A stretch of DNA of 63,704 nucleotides, filler included, from Octopus bimaculoides (taxonomy: Eukaryota), in the NCBI RefSeq assembly GCF_001194135.2. It is 11 parts of 11 records of this genome, joined end to end, with 100 filler letters (N's around TTAATTAATTAA, not from the genome) between each part and the next. Parts side by side here need not be neighbours in the genome. Positions count along the whole stretch, not along the records: positions 24,030 to 26,661 come from NW_026420313.1; positions 26,762 to 34,646 come from NC_068999.1; positions 34,747 to 47,627 come from NC_069008.1; 8 more parts are not named here. One strand, written 5' to 3'. Position numbers and translations under genes: made by a program. This document shows positions 25,288 to 36,981 of the stretch, piece by piece. How positions within the stretch are numbered: position 1 is the first letter of the stretch; every line of letters begins with the position of its first letter. Below the pieces are notes generated by a model. It saw nothing but the letters and a program-made list of their open reading frames with translations. It was not told where the DNA came from and did not search any database.

Positions 25288-25453
25288 GAGAATATACAAA
25301 TAATAACAACAGACGAGGACAGGTGGTGTAAATAACAAAAGTATATATTAGTATGTCGCTCGGGAATACGGAAAGTCTTTGATGTTTCGAGCTACGCTCT
25401 TCAACAGAAAGAATACGGAGACAAGGAGAAAAACACGGAGAAAAAAAAATTGA
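25286..25453 (-). mobile_element. Family A hammerhead repeat, copy 2
   Basis: Reverse complement of 16857-17023, abutting (TA)n. Confidence 0.9.
25376..25412 (-). ncRNA. Family A hammerhead copy with broken stem III (ACGU to ACAU)
   Basis: Minus strand UCUUU-CUGUUGA-A-GAGC(GUA)GCUC-GAAAC-AUC-AAAGA. One G to A change relative to 16897-16933. Confidence 0.65.
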
Positions 25454-25689
25454 ATAGTGTTCAGTCAACGGTCAATCATATATAATTGTTGGTAGAAACT
25501 GTATACGGTTCACTCAGAGAAAGCTATGGTCACATAAGACGTGCTGTGGTATCCCTTAAAGGTTCACAGAGAAAGTAGTTTCTGCATGTGGCATATGCAC
25601 AGGTACATTAAACACTATGAACATACAGAAATAGGCTCTCTGAAATGTCCAGAAAGGATCATTTGAAGCAGCAGACAGTTTCTGTTACT

Positions 25690-26240
25690 TCGGCAACCAA
25701 GTAAGTGGTGGAAAAGGTAGTTTTGAAAGCATAGTTGCTAGAATAAGTAAGGAATGGGCAAAGTTCAGAGAACTGCTACCTCTGTTAATAACAAAGGACC
25801 TCTCCTTCAGGGTGAAAGGCAGACTGTATGATGCCTGTGTACGAACAGCTATGCTCCCTGGCAGTGAAACATGGGCTGTTACTACTGAGAACATGTGGAG
25901 GTTTGAAAGAAATGATGCCAGCAGGTTCTACTGGATGGGAAATATCAGTGTGTATGTATAACAGAGTTTAAGACATTTTGAGAGAAAAACTGGGTACACA
26001 AGCCATCCGATATAGAGAGAAGACTATGTTGGTATGGTCATGTGATGCCTATGGATGTGGACTGCTGCATCGAGAAGTGTTGGTCTCTACTTTTAGAAGG
26101 AATGTGTGGAAGAGGTAGACCCAAGAAGGCTTGAGATGAAGTGGTCAGAAAGGATCTTCAAACACTGGGCCTTACAGAGGAGATGACAAAGGCTCGATAC
26201 ATGTGGCACTTTGCTGTTCTCGAGAAAACACTTCAAGCTA
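25690..26240 (+). mobile_element. RTE-clade LINE ORF C-terminal fragment
   Basis: SIVARISKEWAKFRELLPLLITKDLSFRVKGRLYDACVRTAMLPGSETWAV, later CGRGRP-K. Confidence 0.85.
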
Positions 26241-26818
26241 AATAAAAATTGTGGCCATCCATGCATACAGGCATGTCCTCTACATTTCTCCCCCTGTCAA
26301 GAGAACCTAATCTTGAGGGGTCATGGGTGCTGGTGCCACGTAAAAGCACCCATGATGGTGCCACATAAAAGGTCCTATGCTGGTGGTACATAATAGCACA
26401 TATGCCTGTGCCACAGATAATGCACCCAATGCATTCTGTAAGGTGGTTTGCTTTAGGAAGGGCATCCATCCAAAACAGATAAATGGGGTCTGAGCAGGAA
26501 AACAGGATAAATGACGATGGTGATGATGACACACACACACACACACACAAACACACACATATGAATATATATTTGTGTGTGTATGTGTGTCTCTCTCTCT
26601 CACTATATATATATATATGTATATATTTGACAGGAAGGACAACAAAAGAAAGAAAGAGACCNNNNNNNNNNNNNNNNNNNNNNNNNNNNNNNNNNNNNNN
26701 NNNNNTTAATTAATTAANNNNNNNNNNNNNNNNNNNNNNNNNNNNNNNNNNNNNNNNNNNNGTTTGGAGCTGTAGCACTGTCTGCCATTTGTTCATTGAG
26801 TGCTCTATGTATTTTATG

Positions 26819-26874
<56 letters not shown>

Positions 26875-26884
26875 CATTATTGTT

Positions 26885-26941
<57 letters not shown>

Positions 26942-28156
26942 TTCCCTCTCCTCCTCCTCCTCATTATTATTATTATTATTATTATTATCATTATTATTAT
27001 TATTATCATTATTATTATTGTTATTATTATATACACACCGTGTGCTTGAAGCAGCTCAGAAATATAAATATTATCAGTGCTAGAAGCTGTGATTTTTCTT
27101 TTCAGAGAAACACCATCAAGTGCTAAAACACACTATGCTTTACGTGTGCTGACAGAGATCTTGTTGTAATTGTTAGCATATTCTCTGTTACATGCTTTGT
27201 GTATATTACCTCTGATTTAGATTTTGTGACGTTTGCCACATTTTTTTAAGCTGCCGAAAAGTATTTGGAATGGATTTGTGACAGTCATGTCTGCGTCACT
27301 TTTAAAGAATCACTAGGAAACCATCAGGATCCGCTGCAGCACACTACAACATTTGCGGTGTATTATTTTAACAATTACCAATTCATTTTGTTTAGTTCTT
27401 AATTCTTGCAATTCAGATTTCATATATGCGAATATTCATTAAAAGGATGTATATGAACAAGAATTGTATCATAAACTAATTTATAAGTTTTATTCGTCTG
27501 TACGTGATGATTTCTCAGAGTAATAACTGCGGTTTAAGGAATGTATACAGCAATTCGAAGTTCAGTTGAAGATATAGATTTATACTTGCAAGAGTGCTTA
27601 CAGATGACGCCAGATTTATGCCACAACACTGACTGATGCTAAACTACATCCTGGTGATGCGATTTCAGTCTAGCATTATGTGTTTAGATTTCTGTCACTG
27701 ATGATGCGAATATACTCTGAATTCAAGTGATACAATATTCCTAAAGGACGATAACTGCACATGCTTGTTAAGTTGGATGTGCAAATTAACATATGTATGT
27801 TTGCGTATAGTGTTATTGCATAGCGGGATTTAACATATATTCTGTGTGTATTGCTTGCGTTCTATGTTTGTATGTTTGTTTGATATAGAGTATATAGACT
27901 GCATTTGGCTATGAATGCAAATATTCATTAGGCTAAATAATTAGGACTAATTTAATATAAGGAGCATTAGGGACATCCATATAATAAATGCATTCAAAGC
28001 GAAAAATATTCTGATAAGGGTTGATATTTGAAGACGATCATTTACCACATAAGAGAATAAGTAATCAAAATCATAATGGTACAATAAGAGTAAACGACAC
28101 CGAAAGTCATGCATAAAACCATTTTAGGCAAAGGGAAAGAGGGAATGTGAAAATAA

Positions 28157-29880
28157 CCCTGTATAACAACGAAAACAAACGGAAATGAGAATAATATTTT
28201 ATTGGGGTATTTTGTGTGTAGATCACGAATATGACATCCGTTTCTTTCAGTGATCATCCATCGTCTCGTAAATTACCAATTACTTACATTAAATGCACAG
28301 ATGGATCCGTCGGAATTGAGTGCAAACAGGATTGTGCCAAAACTGACAATTCTAAGTTATCAATAGATTTTGAGATGATATCAGTGGTTTGTCCCTAAGA
28401 TATTTGCCAACCACTCCTATGAACATTGTAAAACTACACTCAATTTTCTTTTAGTTATATGGGTCCAAATTCGTGGTAAATATGACACCTCATCACCCAA
28501 CCTGAACTGATTGAGGTAGTTCGTGATTTACCACTTACTAAGCAACAGAGTGAACTTTTGGCCTCACGTCTGCAACATTGGAACCTGTTAGATGAAGATG
28601 CTCAAATTAGAGTATTCAGGAAGTTTATGCAGACTACAACAATTCTTCCCTTTGGAAAACAATTTGACGTATTTAATGATATCAGAGGTCTGTTCAATGC
28701 CTTCGAGCTGACCTATGAAGCAAATGAGTAGGGGTTATTCCTAAATGCAGCCTTTACAGCATAAAAGTGGTTCTGTTGAATATTAGGAACACCATGCTTG
28801 TAGTTCCAGTTGCTCACTCAGTCATTTTAAGAGAGTCATATGAGATTCTCGCTTTTATTCTAGACCGCATACGTTACGAGGACCATGATCGATTAATATG
28901 TGCGGACGTGAAAGTTGTAGTTCTACCTAATGATTTACAAATTTGATAAACCAAGTTTATGTGCTTTCTTTTTAAGTAGGGCCAGATCAGAACATTATGT
29001 ACGTTCGAAATGGCTACCTAGGCATAATATGACGCTTGGGTACCAATATTTAAGTTATGATCCACTAGTTAAGAACGAGAAAATTCTTTTGCCCCCACTG
29101 CATATAAAACTAGGCCTAATGAAGCAATATACCAAAACACTGCAACATAACAGACCATATTTTCAGTGCCTCAAGGCGAGCGATCTTCCCTAAAATAAGA
29201 GATGCCAAGATGAAAGAGGGCAGATTTGTAGGCCCTTATATTCGGACTTCGAGACGACAATAAAACTGAGCTAGCAGCCCAGCAAGCATTCAAAGATGTA
29301 TGCAAAAGACTTGCAGGAAAGTACCAAGTAGCTTACCGAGAGAGAATAGAGGAGGGTTAATGAAGTGCTACTAAGATCTCGGATGCAATATGTTGCTGAA
29401 GATACGTTTTCTTCATTTCGATCTGTCCTTCTTCACAGTGAATGCAGCAGAGGTGAGTGATGAACATGGAGAGATGTCCCACCAAGACATAACGCCAATT
29501 GAAAACAGGCATAAGGGAAAATGGAGGCCAACTACGCTGGCTGATGTCTGCTGAATACTGGAGAATAACACACCTGCGATGTGTTATAAACGAAGAAATA
29601 AATATTAAAATGTAGGTTAAGACTTTATATCATGCTAACAAACATGTCGATTCATTATATAGTTATGAAATAATTACAGTAGACATATTTAAACTGACTT
29701 ATGGAGGAAAAGAGATTTATGGTGTCGTGGAAAGTGGTATAAATTGCATAGCTAATAAGTCGGTAATTTACAAGAAAATGTGACGTGAAGGGAAATCTTT
29801 ATAAAATTCAAATGTAGTACAATAAACTTCAGTACATGAGAACAATGGTTTTACTTCACCCTCATATCTGTTATACAGTG
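28157..29880 (+). mobile_element. Complete but decayed Chapaev3-like (CMC superfamily) DNA transposon
   Basis: 12-bp TIRs CCCTGTATAACA (28157-28168) and TGTTATACAGTG (29869-29880); 3-bp TSD TAA (28154-28156 and 29881-29883). Motifs HLITQPEL...ELLASRLQHWNLL, ILLPPLHIKLGLMKQ, EG-FVGP and VSDEHGE--HQDI. Confidence 0.85.
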
Positions 29881-32800
29881 TAATTGTTGAAAAATTTGAA
29901 CCAAAAGAAATGGTAAAAGGAAGTCAATATATGAATTTTAGAGCGTTGAATCGAAGTAAAAGTAAATAAGTATTGGAGAATGAAACGAGAAAGTAAAACC
30001 TTTCTTACAGTAAATAAATCTAAGGCAAAAATTAGACGATAATGGCACTGAGAGTTTTAAACTGTTATAAAGAAACTAAAAACAATAAGACCTGTTTATA
30101 ACATGTTTGTAACTTGAAATGGTTTTCTTCCTATCTCAAACACAGAGGCGGTTAAACACCTGACATAGTAGAATTTGCAAAACAGTATTTCGAAAAAATA
30201 AATTGCGGATCATTTCACTCTTAGCTGTGATATCTATTCATGATGTTTGTTACGCATGCGATCTCACGCATAATTATTTCAATCATTATTCGAATCAATA
30301 TACCAACGATGTGTTATAGTTTAACAACAAACCAAGTTACCATACTTCTTTTTCCTTATCATCATGTATTTTTAATTTCACTGCTGTTTGTTTTATTTAT
30401 CTTTTCTCCAAACATATCTCTTCTTTTCATTTATATATACCTATCTGATTTGACTTTAATTTTAGTTTCCAAAACAATTCATTTTCAGTCCAATTATGGA
30501 TTGCTTGTCATGTTTTCGGTATTTTTAATAAGTGTTCATATGTATTTAAAATTTATGTTTTTGATTTCTCGCATAGATATAGTTGATTAAAATAGACAAT
30601 ATTTCCTCTAAAATGTTTTCCAATTACTTTCTCTTAAACATTTTTCCTAGAGAACTAGAGATGCATTTCATCTTTATACCGATCTGCTTCTTCGTTCTGT
30701 TTACCAATTTCTTTACCTAATAGTATATTTATATTTACCAGGTCTCACAATTTCACCCAAACAACGTGCACTTCGCTGTTAATATTTGAATTTTCGAATT
30801 CTTACTATTCTCGATTTTGTCGTTTTGTTTCAATGAAATGGCGATGATCAAAACTGTCCTTTCATTCCAACATCTATGCAATAGATTAATATACATTTTC
30901 TTATTGAAATACGTAAAAATATATGTCTTAAATTCCCCAATAATAAGCTATCCTACAGTTTTGAAACAAACGGAACACTTTTACTAAAATTGGTTATGGT
31001 AACATTGTTGTATTTTGTATTAACAATAATGAACTTAAACTTGTTATAAACCATTGAAATCTACTGTTGAATAGTAAACAACACAAGAAAACAAGAAATG
31101 TAAAATCTTGGATGACTACATCTGATTGCAAGGTTCTTCAATTACTCACTTGTAACTCTTAGAATTTTATCCTGCCTGACAAAACTTCTTCCACTCTAGG
31201 AATTTCCCTATTTACTCCTTGGAATATTGCCACCACTCGCTAGCAAACACTTTACCACCGTATCCACTCGTTTTACCACTACAAATTTATATTTCCTGCA
31301 TTCTACTATCGTGGATTTTTCTGTACACAGTTATTGATTTAAACACGTGTAAATCTACAGAAGATAAAGCCATCATATTCCAACTGATGTTTTCAAACAA
31401 ATCTTCCCAACAGTTTACCACCTTACGTAGGCTCAGTTTCTGGTATTAGAAAATGGAATGACCACCGATTGGTTATAAAATAGCCAATACGTAATCTATC
31501 AAAATTAACTCGTTGAGCATTTGTTTTCATTATATAGTTGTGATACTATATTATATAGTTGTGATACTATTAGTCTCTCTTTTATTAATTGAATAGATAT
31601 TTAATTTAAAAGATAAAAATATGGTTACAAATAACGAAGTATCGGACTGTTTAAGTTTCACTAACACTTAAGTTTTATTCATTTGTTTACGTTTTGTAAA
31701 CACTTAAAGTTCTTGAAATACTTCTACCTTGGTGTCACGTTTTGAGTTATTTTGGTATGTGACGTGTACAGTTTGGTTGACTAACTTAATTGATATTTTT
31801 GTTGGCAAGGGAGGTTTTTTTTTTCAGACCATAAAGACACTGTCATCGACAGCGTCTCATAGAATTATGAGTTGAATATGGTTTTCAAATCTGTTTATAT
31901 TCATCACCATATACAAAACATAAATTTTTGCTTATATAAATAAATTGATTATCATATTTTTTTATTACTTCTTTTACTCTTCCAAATTACAGCCTAGCAA
32001 CTACCAGGCTCTGGAATTTACGTGTGCAAACATCAAGGTGGTATATTTTAGGAACCGTGCATTACTTGTTGCAAGAAATGAAGGATTGCTATTCGCAGTC
32101 TGGAAATCTGTTCTGTCTGATGCTGGATGTTATTTACTATCCCAAATGTGCAGATCCTATAAAAATAGCAGTTCATGAGGATTTCTTCTATTCCACATCG
32201 GGATGAATACTTGAATTAATATTCTAACATATTTTCTGAATATGTGTGGCAGTGTTTCAACGGAAATTCTGTAATAGGATGTATTTTTATTCTAAGTATT
32301 TCAATGACTTTATTAAGGCTGCACTCGTTTACTCAGCTCTTCTGGAGATTACGTACAAATGCTATATGTTAATTCCATCATCAATGTCTTCGAGATCTTT
32401 ATGCATAAACCTGTTAAGAACGCACCAAATTACTGGAAAATATCTTGATTTGGAAAGGATATACGATGTACACGTGTCCATCATAAAGCAAATGAAAATG
32501 TATGATGATACCATACTGTCGTTTCACAAATGTTAAAGAAAACTAATTGAATGGCGATTTGGGTATATTTTTTTCATGGATTATCCACTTAATCATACAT
32601 ATTGTCCACGTAATATTATACACATGTGCTTTCTTTATGTTTAGAGGGATGAAATGCTATAAAAACTATGTTGTTATATATTTAGTAATAACAGCAAATG
32701 ATGATCTCAATGAAATTCTGTAGCTGCCATTTGATACTAATATAATACTACCGCAGCTCATAGATTAATGAAGAGAAGGCGGTAAATGTTTTAATGAATG

Positions 32801-33039
32801 GACGGGTAATTCAAATTGGTTTGATCTTTGAGGTTATATTTAATGGTTATTACTTTCCAAAACATAACATATAATGACAAGTATGATGATATCATTAAGA
32901 ATATAATGTATTGCAATATATTTCTGACACCGCCTTCCTTCATAAAAGTCTATATTTAAAACACTCGGCTATGAATCTCAGCAAACATTATCTGCATTTT
33001 CGATTATGGGAAAATAAACATTTACAAATTATGACGGTT

Positions 33040-33625
33040 GTAACAGCTCTACGAAAACACTCCACTGACTGTCACAGCTGACTAGCTTGCAGAATACTGT
33101 AAGGAAGTCATGAAAAATTGGAAGCTTAATATGCAATAAAATTTTGTGTGAAACTGGCAAAACTACTACAAAAAACGTTTCAAATGCATCCGAGTGCAAA
33201 TGAAGTAACTTGTAAAAGTCGAGAATATGTTTGTCGCAAGCTCAAGCGTCCAGGCATGGCAAGTATACTTGGAAGCTCATGACGGTTACGTATATATCCA
33301 CGCGGTCTGGAAAGGGTATTTTGTGGAGGTTCTGAGGGAGTTCAGGAACACATTTCACCAAAACACCTAAGCATATACACCAGGAATATGCCCAAATACA
33401 TTCTCTTAACTGTCTACTTAAATAACATCAGCGTCAAAACTTCCTTTCACTCAATGCATTCCAGATTTTGTTCCCTGAGAAAATACAGAGGATCAAGGAA
33501 TCTCTCACCAGGGTGGAGGTCAACGACATGTTTCGCATTAACCTTTTTTCAAGCAGATTTCAGTTTAGTGTTTCTTTAAAATTAATAGAATTACTCCACG
33601 AAAAATAAGTACTGGAACGCCCCTG
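33040..33625. mobile_element. Rearranged mariner relic with one terminus
   Basis: IKFCVKL-KTT--TFQM-like N-terminal remnant. Ends ...GGAACGCCCCTG next to TA. Confidence 0.55.
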
Positions 33626-33732
33626 TATATATACATACACACTCAAACATATGCATATATACATACATATATACATAAACACACACACACACACACGCAC
33701 GCACACACACGCACACACACACATACACACAC

Positions 33733-33778
<46 letters not shown>

Positions 33779-34097
33779 NNNNNNNNNNNNNNNNNNNNNN
33801 NNNNNNNNNNNNNNNNNNNNNNNNNNNNNNNNNNNNNNNNNNNNNNNNNNNNNNNNNNNNNNNNNNNNNNNNNNNNNNNNNNNNNNNNNNNNNNNNNNNN
33901 NNNNNNNNNNNNNNNNNNNNNNNNNNNNNNNNNNNNNNNNNNNNNNNNNNNNNNNNNNNNNNNNNNNNNNNNNNNNNNNNNNNNNNNNNNNNNNNNNNNN
34001 NNNNNNNNNNNNNNNNNNNTTGGAATCTATTTGTTTCGAGAATTCTATTTTTTAATTCATTTTGAATTTATTTTCTAATTAATTTTAGTTAATTTTT

Positions 34098-34627
34098 TGT
34101 TTATTTTCAGATCATTAAAATGGAATGCTAAGTTAAGAAAAAGGAGCATTTTCGACACCCTCTATATTTTGCTTGTAATCAAGGTTCTAAGGCTGCAAAA
34201 GCTGCTCGCTACATTTGTGCTGTGTATAGATAGAGTGCCATAGATGAAAGAACCTCTTGTGATTGCCAAGTTCAAAAATGGAAATTTTGACATGAAAGAC
34301 GCATGACTTGCTGGCCATCCACTTGAGTTCGATGAAAAGCGATTAAACCAACGTTTCCACAAAAATTCTCGTCAAACTACAAGGGAACTGGCAGAGGAAA
34401 TGGAATGCTCCCACACTGCTATAGAGAAGCACCTTCATTCGATGGAAAAGGTTCAGAAATATGGAGCATGGGTTCTACAGGCTTTAAGTGACAACAACAA
34501 AAATCAACGAGCCACAATCTCCCCTGGTTTGCTAGCGCCGAAAAACGGTTCCTGTACATCAATATGAAGCAACGTAAGGAATTACTTAGCCCCGGTATAC
34601 AAGTGACACTGCGTGTGAAACCGTCAG
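34098..34627 (+). mobile_element. Mariner transposase N-terminal pseudogene fragment
   Basis: KEHFRH...KAAKAARYICAVY...KFKNGNFDMKD...NSRQTTRELAEEMECSHTAIEKHLHSMEKVQKYGAWV. Confidence 0.85.
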
Positions 34628-34746
34628 CTAGTATATATATATATATNNNNNNNNNNNNNNNNNNNNNNNNNNNNNNNNNNNNNNNNNNNNTTAATTAATT
34701 AANNNNNNNNNNNNNNNNNNNNNNNNNNNNNNNNNNNNNNNNNNNN

Positions 34747-34809
<63 letters not shown>

Positions 34810-34813
<4 letters not shown>

Positions 34814-35702
34814 GTCATATAATTGGGTAAATAATGCGGGTTTTTTTATACTTCCTTTATTTTTCAAAATTTAAGATAAACAAAGTTCTTCCTTAATCTA
34901 AAATATACTCTCCTTCATTCTCGACAATGCTCTTCCATCTATATGGGAGACTTGCAAGGCTCCGCTCCCAAAATTCACTTGTCTGTGACAAAAAATATTC
35001 CTTCAGTACTGTTCTGACTTCCTCAACCGAATTCATATTTTTCCGTCCAAATGACTGGGGAATAAATTATAATCAGATGGGGCAATGTCTGGCAAATATA
35101 GCGGGTGAGCATTGTTTCCCATTCAAACTGCTCCAGCCTTTGGAATGTCATCCTTGTATGTGGCCAAGCATTATCCTGAAACCAAAGATGGTTGTTTTCT
35201 AATGGTACACAAGTGTCAATGAATGGTTGAATGACCAAATCCAAGCTTCTCTGCTAGCTCCCCAACAGTTACGATGGGATTTTGTTCCACCAAGCTTTGC
35301 AAGACATCCTTCTCATGCACTTCAAATCATCCAGGATAAGGCTCATCTAGGCTGTAGTTTCCAGCTCGGAATTTCTGGAACCACCAATGACACTGGCTTG
35401 TGCTTATTGCCTGATCCCCACATACTGCATTGATATTCCTCACACTTTCTGTTGCATTGTTGCCTTTATTGAACTCACAAAGCAAAATATGTTGAATATG
35501 CTCCTTTGCCACTTCCATTATAGCTTTGAAAAAATAACTTAAAATCAAACTGCACTCTTCGAAACTTACACTAAGAATAAGTATAAAGTAAAATTACTAC
35601 CTGCTTTTAAAGCAAGTTGATGCAGGTAGTTTATCCTGTAGCCCCTCCGACTTTTAGTTCATGCAATGGAAAAAAAACCGCATTATTTATGGGATGAACC
35701 AA
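34810..35702 (-). mobile_element. Internally deleted mariner element with both TIRs
   Basis: Termini TTGGGTCAT...AAATAATGCGG and CCGCATTATTTATGGGATGAACCAA. ORFs MEVAKEHIQHILLCEFNKGNNATES...WFQKFRAG and QDNAWPHT. Confidence 0.88.
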
Positions 35703-36107
35703 AATATATACACACATGCATATGTTTATATATACATGTGTGTGTGTTTACTTGTCATGACACTCTGTGATAGTTGTAGGTGAGTGTCACCATCATGCAA
35801 GTGATGGGAGATATTCCCATATTTGGAAACAGGCATGAGTTAATAAGCAGACAGGCATCAAGCTGTAGAAAATGTCTCAGTGAATTCCATCTCAGTGACA
35901 CTGTGTGTGAGAAGACCTTACTTATTTAATTACAGGTACAATCCATCTGACTAGCTTCAGTACAGTTTCCATCTACCCAATTTCACTCAAAGTAATATTT
36001 GACCAGAGGTTCAGGAAATGTTTAACCAAAATATCGCAGAATGGGAATGAACCTAGGGCTACAATGTAACCCACTGAGTCATATTGTACTTACTGTTTAT
36101 AATGGCA

Positions 36108-36512
36108 TTATATCCCCATAACCTCACAGTTCAGCAAAAGAACTAACAGAATAAGTATCAAATTATAGGCCCAGACATGGCTGTGTGGTTTAGAAGCTTG
36201 TTTCTCAGCCAAGTGTTTTCAGGTTCAGTGCCACTGTATAGTAGCTTAGGTAAGCATCTTCTTTCATAGCCCCAGACCAACCAATGCCCTGTAAATGATG
36301 TCTTTATACATTAAAGCTTTTATCACTGACATACTGGGTTACCAATCCATTCAACAGAATTATCTGCCAAATACACTGACATAAATGGAAAAAAATCAAA
36401 AAACAAAGAAACATTGTTTGTAACAATTCAATATCTGCATTCCTGATATTGCTACCAAAGAGAAAAAAATGAAGCAATTTGAACGACAAACCTGGGGAAC
36501 TTTATTTACTGC
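36108..36512 (+). repeat. ZNF-A 3' UTR/flank segment duplicated at 47223-47627
   Basis: 405 bp, no indels (constant offset 11115), 8 mismatches counted. Confidence 0.95.
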
Positions 36513-36537
36513 AAACAATATTTTGTCATTGATACAG

Positions 36538-36981
36538 TTACTTTTCTGTATGGAAACATTTGTGTCTATTCAAGGTAACTTTATAAGAGAATGATTTCCC
36601 ACAGATATCACACTGGTATGGCTTTTCACCTGTATGAATACGATTGTGTGTAGTTAAGCTTTCTTTCCGAGTGAATGATTCACCACAGATATCACAACAA
36701 TATGGCTTTTCTCCTGTATGAACACGATTATGTTTGGTCAAGTCACCATTTTGAGAGAATGATTTACCACAGATATCACAGTGATATGGTTTCTCTCCTG
36801 TATGAGTACGTATGTGTTCAGTCAAGCGATGACTTCGAGAGAATGAATTACCACAGATATCACAGTGATATGGCTTCTCACCTGTATGAATAAATTTGTG
36901 AGTGACTAAGACATGTCTCTGAGAGAATGAATTACCACAGATGTCACAATGATACAGCTTTTCTCCTGTATGAATGCGATT
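36538..36981 (-). CDS. C2H2 zinc-finger protein (ZNF-A), C-terminal part; 5 complete fingers visible, 5' part lost in the gap
   Basis: Open frame [38 protein letters not shown]...[18 protein letters not shown], with TGEKPY linkers. Stop TAA at 36538-36540; AATAAA on the minus strand at 36501-36506. Confidence 0.93.
   Translation of the reverse strand, partial: NRIHTGEKLYHCDICGNSFSQRHVLVTHKFIHTGEKPYHCDICGNSFSRSHRLTEHIRTHTGEKPYHCDICGKSFSQNGDLTKHNRVHTGEKPYCCDICGESFTRKESLTTHNRIHTGEKPYQCDICGKSFSYKVTLNRHKCFHTEK

Noticed and set aside
27300-27800. Possible decayed reverse transcriptase or C/D-box-like TGATGA...CTGA
   Set aside because: Only a few scattered residues fit; box spacing is too short and there is no terminal stem.
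31990-32540. Possible GPCR-like relic (LYVNSIINVF resembles a TM7 motif)
   Set aside because: A single short motif with stops in all frames; not supportable.
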